Shown here piece after piece: positions 1 to 9,829 of a DNA stretch of 20,000 nucleotides. Each line of letters starts with the position of its first letter. Within the stretch, counting starts at the first letter, position 1. Location of the stretch: sequence record SRR31156797_482; one strand, written 5' to 3'. The position numbers and the translations under genes were made by a program. A model generated the notes under the pieces. That model had not been told where the DNA came from. It searched no databases and worked only from the letters and a program-made list of their open reading frames with translations.

Positions 1-2
1 TT

Positions 3-1379
3 GTTTTTGCCAGCCAAGCCTTGGCAACGCATGCCATGCAGCCGGCTCTATCTTTAACGACAACCACCTGGGGTTACGCAGCACTAACATTATTTGCTTT
101 GGCCTACGTGCTGGTTATTTTAGAAGAAAAAACCCATCTACGCAAAAGCAAACCTGTGATGCTGGCAGCCGGTATTATCTGGATCCTGCTGGCCTTGGCC
201 TATCGCCAAGTAGGCATCCCGGCTGAACAAGCCCACCAAGCAATCATTCATAACATGACTGAGTATGCGGAATTAATGCTCTTCCTACTCGTCGCCATGA
301 CCTATATCAATTCCATGAATGAGCGGGGCGTCTTTCAAGCGCTGCGTTCCTGGCTGGTGTCGCGGGGGTTTTCTTTGCGCATTGTCTTCTGGGTTACCGG
401 GCTGCTGGCCTTTCTCATCTCACCCGTGGCTGATAACCTCACCACCGCTCTGCTCATGGGAGCAGTGGTCATGGCAGTAGCCGAGGACAATACAAAATTT
501 ATTGCGCTAGCCTGCGTCAATATCGTTGTCGGTGCCAATGCCGGGGGTGCCTTTTCCCCCTTTGGTGATATTACCACCCTTATGGTCTGGCAAAAGGGAC
601 AGGTTGACTTCAGCCAGTTTTTCCTCCTCTTTTTCCCGGCCCTTATTAATTGGCTCATTCCGGCAACCATTATGAACTTCTTTGTCTCTCGGGAGACGCC
701 GAAAGCCTTGGACAAAATTGTCTCCATGAAGTTTGGCGCCAAACGAATCATTGCTCTTTTTCTGCTGACAATCCTCACTGCGGTTTCCTTTCACAACTTT
801 TTAGATCTCCCCCCGGCAGCAGGTATGATGCTGGGACTCGCTTACCTTGGCTTTTTCTCCTACTATCTTAAAATCAAAGAAAAAAGAGCCGTTGAATACG
901 ACGCTCCCTTAGGCATAAGAGACAGCGTACCGGAGTCCCCCTTTGACATCTTTAATAAAGTCGCTCAGGCTGAATGGGATACGCTGCTCTTTTTCTATGG
1001 CGTGATTCTCTGCGTCGGTGGTCTGTCGCAGTTTGGCTACCTGGCTCTGATCTCCCACCATATGTACGAGGGCCTAGGCGCCACCAGCGCCAATATACTG
1101 GTAGGGATACTGTCTTCAATCATCGATAATATCCCAGTGATGTTTGCAGTTCTTACCATGGATCCGACAATGCCTCTGGGACAATGGCTCTTGGTGACCT
1201 TAACTGCCGGGGTCGGTGGCAGCTTACTTTCCATAGGCTCAGCTGCAGGGGTGGCGTTGATGGGAACCGCCCGCGGTACCTATACCTTCGGAGCGCATCT
1301 GAAATGGATGCCGATTATTGCTCTGGGGTATGCAGGTAGTATTTACGCCCACATCCTTCTCAATAAGACCTTATTTTAA
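3..1379 (+). CDS. nhaD: Na+/H+ antiporter, NhaD family (5' end lies outside the window)
   Basis: Polytopic membrane protein with EEKTHLRKSKP, ELMLFLLVAMTYIN, SPVADNLTTAL, ANAGGAFSPFGDITTLMVW, DNIPVM and GVGGSLLSIGSAAGVALMG. The frame is open to the window edge (VFASQALA..., signal-peptide-like), so TTG at 21 is probably not the true start. Confidence 0.93.
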   Translation, partial: VFASQALATHAMQPALSLTTTTWGYAALTLFALAYVLVILEEKTHLRKSKPVMLAAGIIWILLALAYRQVGIPAEQAHQAIIHNMTEYAELMLFLLVAMTYINSMNERGVFQALRSWLVSRGFSLRIVFWVTGLLAFLISPVADNLTTALLMGAVVMAVAEDNTKFIALACVNIVVGANAGGAFSPFGDITTLMVWQKGQVDFSQFFLLFFPALINWLIPATIMNFFVSRETPKALDKIVSMKFGAKRIIALFLLTILTAVSFHNFLDLPPAAGMMLGLAYLGFFSYYLKIKEKRAVEYDAPLGIRDSVPESPFDIFNKVAQAEWDTLLFFYGVILCVGGLSQFGYLALISHHMYEGLGATSANILVGILSSIIDNIPVMFAVLTMDPTMPLGQWLLVTLTAGVGGSLLSIGSAAGVALMGTARGTYTFGAHLKWMPIIALGYAGSIYAHILLNKTLF

Positions 1380-1510
1380 TGGTAGCATTTTTGGTTCGGC
1401 CGCAAACATCTTGCATCACATATTCAGGTCATCCTTAGAACTAGCAAGAATGACAGCTCACCAGCTCTCTAACGATGACACCGATCCAGTCATTTACTTT
1501 TGTTTGACAG

Positions 1511-1551
1511 GTTTATTTCCTGTAATTTTTAAAAAATTACAGGAAATAAAC
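1511..1551. repeat. Perfect 20-bp inverted repeat with 1-nt spacer between convergent genes; possible bidirectional terminator
   Basis: gtttatttcctgtaattttt-a-aaaaattacaggaaataaac; overlaps the last base of the kinase stop codon. Confidence 0.85.
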
Positions 1552-4500
1552 TATATTGACGCAGAAGTCCCTCGACCTGTAAGCAGCTGCATCATCTTCT
1601 CCACAGCCAGCTTAGCAGCCTCGAAATCATAGTTATTTAATGCACTTTCGAGTGTTTTGTATAATGGAGCCATTTTGCCGGTGGTGAGTACCCCCGCATG
1701 CTGCTCCATGGTATCCAGAGCACTGGTATCAAAGTCATCCAACTGCGTACTCAAGGTCTCAAGTACCTGCTTAAGCAGAACAGGGTCAACCACTGCGCCC
1801 CCTATTGTTTCTTTTGCTTTACCAAGAGTGCAGATCGATACCAGCACCTCCTCAAGAGCTACCTTAGTCAGCTCGACGTGGACCGGATCAACCTGCTGTT
1901 CCCTGGCCTGATCCTCTAACTGCTGAGTGACATCCTGAAGTCGTTCGGCACCGATATTACCTGCCAGGCCCTTTAAGGTATGAGCAAGACGCTCAGCCAG
2001 TTCCCAATCCTTTCCCTCTACTGCCTGTGCAAATTGCTCAATAAAGTCTGCTTGATTACTACCGACCTTCGTGAGGATCTTATGATACAAGCTAGTGTTT
2101 CCCTGTGTGCGCTTAAGTCCAGCCAAAGTATTAATCCCCGCTAAATCAGGGATCATTGTTATTTGGTCTTCCTGTTTGCTGACCACCTGCTCATCCGTCA
2201 ATGGACTTGATGGACGGATCCATTTAGCCATGGTTTTAAACATATCCGCCACATTGATGGGTTTAGCGATATGATCATTCATACCAGCATCAATAACTTT
2301 CTTTTTATCACCCACCATGGCATTAGCTGTCATAGCCAGAATAGGCAGCATTTTGTATTGATCCTGTTCACGGATTAGACGGGTGGCCGTATAACCGTCC
2401 ATCACCGGCATCTGACAATCCATCAATATTCCATCGAATTTTCGTTTGCCTAACCAGTCCAGAGCTTCCTGGCCGTCATTTGCCACCTCTGCTTTAATGC
2501 CATTAGACGTTAACAACTCCAACGTCAACTCCTGATTAATCTCATTATCTTCGACCAACAACACGTACGCACCATGGAGCTCGGCTATATATTTTCTGGC
2601 TTCATCCTGACGGTTAACACCACGATTTTCGCTGCTTACTTCACGTCCCATCGCTGACATAATCGCATCGAACAGGCTGGAGGAGGTCACAGGCTTGGTT
2701 AAAAATGCAGAAATATCAACTTCATCGGCCGTATCCGCTGCTTCTTCACGACCATAGGCGGTAACCAGAATCACCATGGGCACCTCAATGAGCTGATCGT
2801 TTTGCTGCATTGCACGGGTGGTCTCAATGCCGTCCATGCCCGGCATCTGCCAGTCCATGAGTACTAACGTGTACGGGTCATTGTCAGCCGAATCGATTAA
2901 CCGGGCAATAGCGGTTTCACCCGTTGCAGCCTGATCGACCCGCAAACCGAAACTAACTAACATTTCGCTGAGTATCTCACGTGATGAAGGATTATCATCG
3001 ACGACCAATACTCGAAGCACTCCAAGATCGGCAGTAAGGGAACGACGTGTTGAGGCTTTGCCTTGTTGTCGTCCTAGTACAGCGGTGAACTCAAAACTAC
3101 TGCCGTTACCGGGTTCACTTTCCACCCATATCTCACCATGCATTAACTCAGATAGTTTTTTACTAATGGCTAAACCTAACCCGGTACCACCATACTTACG
3201 GGTAGTCGATGCATCCGCCTGCGAGAATGGTTGAAACAGTCCGGCCTGTTGTTCAGGGGTCATGCCAATACCACTATCACGCACAACAAAGTGCAGTGTG
3301 ACGTACTCGTCACTCTGCTCTCTAACATCAACCGAAACAACAACCTCCCCACCTTTTTCGGTAAATTTAACCGCATTATTGCCCAGGTTGACAAGGATCT
3401 GCCCCAGACGCAAAGGATCTCCAATCAGGGCCGTAGGAATATCAGGAGGTACATTAAACATTAACTCCAAGCCTTTTTCTTCGGCTTTAAGTCCAACCAG
3501 ACTAGCCAGGTTATCGAAAATATCTTCCAGACGAAAATCAGTTTCTTCGATGTCCAGCTTACCCGCTTCAATTTTCGAAAAGTCGAGTATGTCATTAATA
3601 ATACCAAGTAGAGCTTCACCGGAACGGTTCACTTTATCGACATAATTACGTTGCTTACGGTCTAAATCTGTCTGCAGCGCTAAATGACTCATACCAATAA
3701 TGGCATTCATCGGCGTGCGGATCTCATGACTCATATTCGCTAAAAAGTCGCTCTTGGCCCGTGTCGCTTCTTCGGCAAGCTCTTTAGCTTGAATTAATTC
3801 TTCTTCCGCCCTCTTTCGATCGGTAATATTTTCAAACACAACAGCAACACCGCCACCTGCAGCCTTATCAATCAAAGCAGCGCTGGCGTTAATCCATATA
3901 AGATCACCTTGTGGGCGATATACTCCCATTTCAATACCGCTTACCCCTTTACCAGTGGTGAGTGCAATATTCGCTGGGTGTTGCTCTATGGGCATGGCCT
4001 TTAAATCTTTACCAACAATTTTCAATCCCTTGGAGTGAATATCGCATTCTTTAAGATTTTCTACACTCATACCGAAATAATCTTCACAGATGGTGTTTAC
4101 TTCAACAATAGTACCACCAGCGTCAACCATGGCGACACCGACTGGCAGGGCTTCAAACAATGCCTTAAGTTTTTGCTGACTACTTCGAACTGCGCCCTCT
4201 GTTTCACGAATAGACCGCTCTGCACTCTTCCGCTCAGTGATGTCAATCAACCAACCCAGTATACCGTTTTCACCCTGATAATTAAGTGGCAGGTAGTTAA
4301 TGAGCATATCCATAACCTGTCCATTTTTACCGTACATCTGCAGCTCATAATTTTCTACACTCCCAGCTGCGGCCATTGTTTTTATCAATGTTTCTCTTTC
4401 GTCTGGGTTGACGTAAAGACTGGGTGACTTATCACCAACCCCGACGTTAAACATTTCAATAAATCTTGGATTGGCAAAGTGGATAAGACCCTTTGTAGAA

Positions 4501-5753
4501 AAGGCTACACCGACGGGACTTGTATCGAGTATGGATTGTAGCTGGGCTTGGCTTTCAACTAGTTCAGAAGTACGCTCTTCTACTCGCAATTCCAGTTTTT
4601 TATTGAGTTCTTTCAGTGCATTCTCACGCAAAACAAGGTTCTGCGCCATCTCCTTAAATGATGCTGCGAGTTGAGCAACCTCATCGCTTCCTTCTTGAGC
4701 GATACCATCTAGGTCGATATTTCCGGCAGTGATATTTTTAGCCGCATTGCTTAAACGGGATAATGGAGCGGTTATTCGTCGCGAAAAAAGAAACGATGCC
4801 AGGGTGGAGAGGAGGAGAGCCAGTATCAACAACACAAAATGTGTGGTCCTTTGTTGATACACTTTTTCAAGTGCTATTTCTTTGTTGGTCCTCAGCGAAA
4901 AACTCCAAAGAGTTGATTCTATGGGAGCATAGGATACCCAGTATTCAGAACCATCTTCAAAAAAAAGACTTACTACGCCGCTGGTGTTGGCCGCATACAG
5001 CACTTTCAAATTTTCAGCATTATCTGAAGCCAATTCATTTTGCAACGAGCTGAGCTGTTTACCTATTTGCCTGATGTCATGATGGAAAACCAGGTTACCC
5101 CTGTTACTGATAACAATGAAATCGTTCTTGCTGATACTATCTGATTCAGTGAACTCGTTGAGTTTATTGAGGTCAATATCAACGGTTGTAACGCCAATGG
5201 TTTTACCTTCCTGTTGAAACGGTACAGAGAACGTTACCATATTGATATTTCCGCCTCCTCCATCAAAATACGGCTCGCTCCATAACGGTAAATTCCGGCT
5301 AATTGCACCAGCGTACCACTGTCTTTTCAAATAATCATAGCTGGTTGCAATATCTATAGATTCAATTTTACCTGCACTACGATATACGTAAGGTGAAAAG
5401 CGTTGAAGTTCTGAAAAGGCACCTGGTTCAAATGCAATGGCCGCACCGTACACAAAAACGTTGTTTTGTATATTTTCCCTTAAAATGGCATACAAATCTT
5501 CCCTGCTTAATAATTTCCCACTAGCTGAAAGAACATCAGCAGTGGTGGAGGCGATTTGAGCAATTTCACGCAAATATTTATCAATTCGACTCGCATGATA
5601 CTGTGCGATGTCAATGCTATTGGATTCGACTTGAGAAGCCGCATTCTCTCCTGCTTGCCAACTTGCGTACCCCATTACAAGTCCGATAACAACGAAGGTA
5701 GGCATGACCACGAATGTACCAATTTTCTGTGCTATTGTTTTTTGCTGGAACAT
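1551..5753 (-). CDS. Hybrid sensor histidine kinase (TM-dCache-TM-HAMP-PAS-PAS-HisKA-HATPase-REC-REC-Hpt)
   Basis: H-box FLANMSHEIRTPMN, N-box NLGNNAVKFT, G-boxes DSGIGM and GGTGLGL, two REC domains (MDWQMPGMDG, MDCQMPVMDG), Hpt AHTLKGLAGNIGA. AAGGA RBS before ATG at 5753. Confidence 0.95.
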   Translation of the reverse strand: MFQQKTIAQKIGTFVVMPTFVVIGLVMGYASWQAGENAASQVESNSIDIAQYHASRIDKYLREIAQIASTTADVLSASGKLLSREDLYAILRENIQNNVFVYGAAIAFEPGAFSELQRFSPYVYRSAGKIESIDIATSYDYLKRQWYAGAISRNLPLWSEPYFDGGGGNINMVTFSVPFQQEGKTIGVTTVDIDLNKLNEFTESDSISKNDFIVISNRGNLVFHHDIRQIGKQLSSLQNELASDNAENLKVLYAANTSGVVSLFFEDGSEYWVSYAPIESTLWSFSLRTNKEIALEKVYQQRTTHFVLLILALLLSTLASFLFSRRITAPLSRLSNAAKNITAGNIDLDGIAQEGSDEVAQLAASFKEMAQNLVLRENALKELNKKLELRVEERTSELVESQAQLQSILDTSPVGVAFSTKGLIHFANPRFIEMFNVGVGDKSPSLYVNPDERETLIKTMAAAGSVENYELQMYGKNGQVMDMLINYLPLNYQGENGILGWLIDITERKSAERSIRETEGAVRSSQQKLKALFEALPVGVAMVDAGGTIVEVNTICEDYFGMSVENLKECDIHSKGLKIVGKDLKAMPIEQHPANIALTTGKGVSGIEMGVYRPQGDLIWINASAALIDKAAGGGVAVVFENITDRKRAEEELIQAKELAEEATRAKSDFLANMSHEIRTPMNAIIGMSHLALQTDLDRKQRNYVDKVNRSGEALLGIINDILDFSKIEAGKLDIEETDFRLEDIFDNLASLVGLKAEEKGLELMFNVPPDIPTALIGDPLRLGQILVNLGNNAVKFTEKGGEVVVSVDVREQSDEYVTLHFVVRDSGIGMTPEQQAGLFQPFSQADASTTRKYGGTGLGLAISKKLSELMHGEIWVESEPGNGSSFEFTAVLGRQQGKASTRRSLTADLGVLRVLVVDDNPSSREILSEMLVSFGLRVDQAATGETAIARLIDSADNDPYTLVLMDWQMPGMDGIETTRAMQQNDQLIEVPMVILVTAYGREEAADTADEVDISAFLTKPVTSSSLFDAIMSAMGREVSSENRGVNRQDEARKYIAELHGAYVLLVEDNEINQELTLELLTSNGIKAEVANDGQEALDWLGKRKFDGILMDCQMPVMDGYTATRLIREQDQYKMLPILAMTANAMVGDKKKVIDAGMNDHIAKPINVADMFKTMAKWIRPSSPLTDEQVVSKQEDQITMIPDLAGINTLAGLKRTQGNTSLYHKILTKVGSNQADFIEQFAQAVEGKDWELAERLAHTLKGLAGNIGAERLQDVTQQLEDQAREQQVDPVHVELTKVALEEVLVSICTLGKAKETIGGAVVDPVLLKQVLETLSTQLDDFDTSALDTMEQHAGVLTTGKMAPLYKTLESALNNYDFEAAKLAVEKMMQLLTGRGTSASI

Positions 5754-6141
5754 CGCGTGTCCTTTTTAGACGAGTCGTAAAGTTTTCTTGTGAAATACAA
5801 GTATAATTGCGTTCTGAATATTCCATGCTCTATGAAAATTTTCAGGATGGCTTCCCTACCGACGGCTCGGCTGCCTCTAAATCAATAGATTCATCCCCTC
5901 TGATATTTCCTTGAATTTATCCATATAAAAAAATTCTATTTAGCAAACCCTTACCACTCGCCCCACTAACAATAAAAATCAGAAAATTAACTGCACCCCG
6001 TGATCTTGTGGGGATATTTCGAACCAGTTAATTTTCTCACCAGCAGGTAGCTTGACAGTTTCGCCCCGCAAGAAATAACAGATAACCAAATGTATGGCTT
6101 TCGAGTTACTAAATTTACCCTGCCAGGGGGAGTAGTTTCCT

Positions 6142-7668
6142 TCACACCTTATCTAGAAGTATTTGCCCAGCCTTTGCAGCCTGCTTGCGCCAGTGTCGCC
6201 AATAACTCTCTGCTTGTTGCTCCCGTAAACAACGTAAATAACGTACACGTTGCGCAGCATTGAGGTATTCGTGAATCAAAGGGAGTAAACCTTCCTCTAT
6301 ATTATAAACCATTTTATCAGGGGCCAGACACACTGGAACGATATTTTCCGGCGACAAATTCAGCTCCTTAGATATTACCAGGCAAGCCTCCCGAATATTG
6401 CGTGCTTTTGCATTGTCCGGTTGTAAAATTTGATACGGTGGGTCCCACTCACGTACAGGCCTCAGACGGTCAATATGCGTAACTACTGCAATAATAACCG
6501 GTAAGGTTTGGTTTGGACATTTCTGCTGAAAGTAATGGCGAACAGCTTGCAACTGATGCGCATCCACCTTGCGGGCAGCCTCAGTTGCATTACAAACAAC
6601 TATTATAACATCTATATTTTTCCATTCCCCTTTAGATGCTACGTGTTCCTGATCCTGTACTAAACCTCCATAACCAGCGCTGTCTAATATGATTGCCTGT
6701 TGCAGACCATCACGTTCGAGTATGTAAGGGGTTATGCCTGTGGTGGTGGGCAAGGTTCCTGAAGCACATTTAATGTCGCCAAACAATGCGTTAATCAAGC
6801 TGGACTTACCACTACTGACTTGCCCTAAAACAAGAAACCGAAGTGGCTCAATGGATTTGTCTCGAATCAGGCTTTCCGATATATCTTTTTTAGAGACAGA
6901 ACTTAAACGCTCAGTTGCAACAAAATCATCCAAGGTTAATTGCCCACTGTAGAGTTCAATGGCGTAATAACCGAGCTTTTTGATGTAAGCGTCGATGAGG
7001 CGACTCGACACTTCAGCTGTAACTGTATTCATTCCTTTGTTAAATAGTACACCGCGAGCATGAGTCATCGCTGCGCCCGGCCAATTAAAGAGCCAATGCC
7101 CAACACTGAAAATAGATTTGAGGTTATTGATGGAATGAAGCGCTTGTTTGGCGCGCAAAAAATCGCCAACCCGAACCGCATGGCTACCAGGAATTTTATC
7201 TAACACTTCATGCTGAATATCGTCACAAACCAACATGATCAACTTTAGCAAATACGGGAGCGGGAACTCCAAAACAGGACGTTTTGAATCGGCATGAAAG
7301 TGCTTCGCAACCATCGTCAAGAGTTCATTTGTCAGTTGCAAGACCTTGCTGGGGTCAGTGAACAAATCTACATCTTTTTGCCAACGCTCGGCTACAGTTT
7401 CAAGCTCCGGCCATATCGACTGGCCACTGTCTGGCCAATTCGCATTGGGCTCAATAGCAAATGTATCTACGAACACAGGCTTGTTCGTATGTCTTCGCCA
7501 CCGGAAAAGGCAATACGTCAGCGCAAAATTGGCTGATAAAATTGCCATACCCTTATAAAACCAATCGTGCTGCCAGAGCCAGTAACCGCCCAAAATTAAC
7601 AATGCCAGCCAAGGCAATAAAAACACAACAGCAGTTATAACCCCGAAGCGTGTTACAGGTAGTGCCAT
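6142..7668 (-). CDS. Membrane-anchored P-loop GTPase (N-terminal TM helices, helical middle region, C-terminal Era/YeeP-like G domain)
   Basis: G1 GQVSSGKS, G2 PTTT, G3 DSAG, G4 THID followed by RLRPVREWDPP; two hydrophobic N-terminal helices. Start moved from 7719 to ATG 7668 because an AAGGA RBS precedes it, 4 nt after the upstream stop. Confidence 0.85.
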   Translation of the reverse strand: MALPVTRFGVITAVVFLLPWLALLILGGYWLWQHDWFYKGMAILSANFALTYCLFRWRRHTNKPVFVDTFAIEPNANWPDSGQSIWPELETVAERWQKDVDLFTDPSKVLQLTNELLTMVAKHFHADSKRPVLEFPLPYLLKLIMLVCDDIQHEVLDKIPGSHAVRVGDFLRAKQALHSINNLKSIFSVGHWLFNWPGAAMTHARGVLFNKGMNTVTAEVSSRLIDAYIKKLGYYAIELYSGQLTLDDFVATERLSSVSKKDISESLIRDKSIEPLRFLVLGQVSSGKSSLINALFGDIKCASGTLPTTTGITPYILERDGLQQAIILDSAGYGGLVQDQEHVASKGEWKNIDVIIVVCNATEAARKVDAHQLQAVRHYFQQKCPNQTLPVIIAVVTHIDRLRPVREWDPPYQILQPDNAKARNIREACLVISKELNLSPENIVPVCLAPDKMVYNIEEGLLPLIHEYLNAAQRVRYLRCLREQQAESYWRHWRKQAAKAGQILLDKV

Positions 7669-7672
7669 AACA

Positions 7673-8848
7673 TTAGTCCTTATTGCTAAGAGATTGACGC
7701 GCTTTGCTAAACGCTTCACTGTATGCCTGTTTCAATTCCGCTTGATCTGGCATTGCTCCCCGTTTAACACCGTATAAGTACAGACAAAAGACCTTACCAA
7801 GCGCATAGGTCATTGCTCCAGAACCTGCCCCGGCAATAGCCCAGCCATAAACAGGGACAAGTTTTAACAATTCTCGCCCGAATAGCCCTATCCCGACACT
7901 TGTGCCCATCAATGCTGCAAATTCAGTATAAAGTGTAGCGGTTAGTTCCAGTCCATAAATTGATGCAATACTATGAAATAACTTGGCTTGCACTGTCAGC
8001 ATCAGAGGTAACCCCGCCAGCGGTATCGCTCCCATGCCAGCACTAAGAAGAGCATAACCAATAATATGTGGATGGGCTTGTTGAGCATGAAATTCGAGCA
8101 AGCCTCTGTGCTGCTCTGTGCCTCGCAACAAACCTATCAAACCTTCCGGCATCACAGTTTCGATGGTTTGCCATACAGCATGCAGACCATAACTTTCAGG
8201 CTCAAAGCCATCCTCTGACAGCGTGAAGTCAATGGGCACAAAATGTACTGGCAATGATTTGAACCAGTCACGTTGATGCAGCAAAGCTTGCGCTAAGGCA
8301 TGTGGAACTTGCGGTGGAAACGGTGATTGCTGATAAGGATAGGGCTGGATGTGTTCATACTGAGTGGTCGGATATCCCTCGTGCAAGGTGGTTTGTACCA
8401 CAATGATTGGCCATTTTGGATGTTGCTTATGAATAGTCAAAACAGCTGCAACCACTTCGGCCTGGTTCATATCCAAAGCTCGCATCACAACTATCAGCAA
8501 ATGTGCCTGATTGGCACACCAGGCTAAATCTTCACGTGGGTCATACTCTGTTTCCCCTAAACCTCGGGTATCGAGAAAGCGTAGTATTGGATGGCTAGCC
8601 GATGGAAAATCATAAAACAGCGATCTTTTTGTACACGCCTGAAAACCGTTTCCAATTTCAGCAGTATCGCTCGAGGTCAGTGCACGTATTAGAGAAGTTT
8701 TGCCTGATTGCGTTTTACCTAACAACCAAAAAACTGGAATCGGTAAGCGTTGCGTAACCTCGTCGATTTTGGCGTCTACACCGCTCGCTTTGGGGGTAAA
8801 TATCGTTTTTTTGAGATCATCCCAAAATTTATTGGAAATAAAATTCAT
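7673..8848 (-). CDS. P-loop GTPase with C-terminal YcjF/DUF697-like hydrophobic domain
   Basis: G1 GKTQSGKT, G2 ACT, G3 DTRG, degenerate G4 (TTLH). C-terminal hydrophobic block GAIPLAGLP...LLKLVPVYGWAIAGAGSGAMTYALG is typical of DUF697. Confidence 0.85.
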   Translation of the reverse strand: MNFISNKFWDDLKKTIFTPKASGVDAKIDEVTQRLPIPVFWLLGKTQSGKTSLIRALTSSDTAEIGNGFQACTKRSLFYDFPSASHPILRFLDTRGLGETEYDPREDLAWCANQAHLLIVVMRALDMNQAEVVAAVLTIHKQHPKWPIIVVQTTLHEGYPTTQYEHIQPYPYQQSPFPPQVPHALAQALLHQRDWFKSLPVHFVPIDFTLSEDGFEPESYGLHAVWQTIETVMPEGLIGLLRGTEQHRGLLEFHAQQAHPHIIGYALLSAGMGAIPLAGLPLMLTVQAKLFHSIASIYGLELTATLYTEFAALMGTSVGIGLFGRELLKLVPVYGWAIAGAGSGAMTYALGKVFCLYLYGVKRGAMPDQAELKQAYSEAFSKARQSLSNKD

Positions 8849-9136
8849 TTTGCTTGTTTAAAACTTTGTAAGTTCATTAGCATTTACTGCTGCCTCAAAA
8901 TATTGGCGAAAAGAGCTACACCGAAAGGCCAGGGGAGCTACTTGCAAAAAAAATATTATAATACAAGGAGATGCGTATCCTGGTGTATTGTAATACAAAC
9001 CTCAATCAGATTCCCACATTTTTCCAAAGGCATGTATTTAAAAGGGTTCCCATTAAGCTGTCCTTACATTGATATAATTGACTTTTTATTTAAACGTTCT
9101 CATTGTTCTAAGGAGAAAGCTATTATTGGGGGACGT

Positions 9137-9787
9137 ATGGATTACATTAAAAGGTTCATAGCCGTTGCAATTTTCCTGCTAGCACTAACAAGCGCGCTGG
9201 GCCTTCCCTATGTGTACGAATCGCAGACCCTCTGGTATAAATTTGGCCTCGACAAAACAGCTCTTCGAGCTGGCCAGCTCGCCGGGATGGTTGCTCTCAC
9301 TCTACTGTTCACCCAGATCATTCTCGCTGTAGGGGGATCATTTCTTACAAAGGCTTTTGGCCTGAAAAACCTTGTGCAATGGCACCGCATAAATGGTGTC
9401 CTGATCCTTTTTTTTGCATGTGTACATGTGTTTCTGATTCTGGTACCTGAAGGTCTTGCCAATTTACCAATAGGAAAAAAATACTGGCCGGAAATGGTTG
9501 GATCACTGTTGCTGTGGACCCTTATCTCAATGGTGATATCTTCCCGCTACAGGGAAAAATTTAAACTGGATTACAGGCGCTGGAGGGCTATCCATAAACC
9601 TTTGGGATACCTTGCGGCACTCCTTGTTGTAGTGCATGTTCTTTACGTTAGTGACTCTTTTGATCATGCTATGCCAAAAAATATTTTGATTGTTACCTTT
9701 GCGGCTCTTGTATTCCGTGTTGTCTGGGTTAAAGCACGTTGGCAGATTCGCCAAAAAGGGAACAAAGGACTTAACCATAAAAAGTAA
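9137..9787 (+). CDS. Ferric-reductase-like (MsrQ/FRD-type) transmembrane di-heme cytochrome b
   Basis: About 6 TM helices and two His pairs, H-x13-H (WHRING...CVH) and H-x13-H (IHKPLG...VVH). No FAD/NAD domain. Start set at ATG 9137 after a GGGGGA RBS; the ORF-track extension to 8750 overlaps the divergent gene. Confidence 0.8.
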   Translation: MDYIKRFIAVAIFLLALTSALGLPYVYESQTLWYKFGLDKTALRAGQLAGMVALTLLFTQIILAVGGSFLTKAFGLKNLVQWHRINGVLILFFACVHVFLILVPEGLANLPIGKKYWPEMVGSLLLWTLISMVISSRYREKFKLDYRRWRAIHKPLGYLAALLVVVHVLYVSDSFDHAMPKNILIVTFAALVFRVVWVKARWQIRQKGNKGLNHKK

Positions 9788-9829
9788 AACTGGTGTATAC
9801 TTTTCAAACTCAACCCCATGGAGGGTATC

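Noticed and set aside
8903..8945. Possible c-di-GMP riboswitch (ccgaaagg, repeated gagctac)
   Set aside because: The P1/P2 architecture and the GCAAA-type conserved elements could not be built.
8750..9136. 129-codon N-terminal extension of the ferric-reductase-like ORF
   Set aside because: Overlaps the divergent GTPase start and the promoter region, has non-protein-like composition, and a good RBS precedes ATG 9137.
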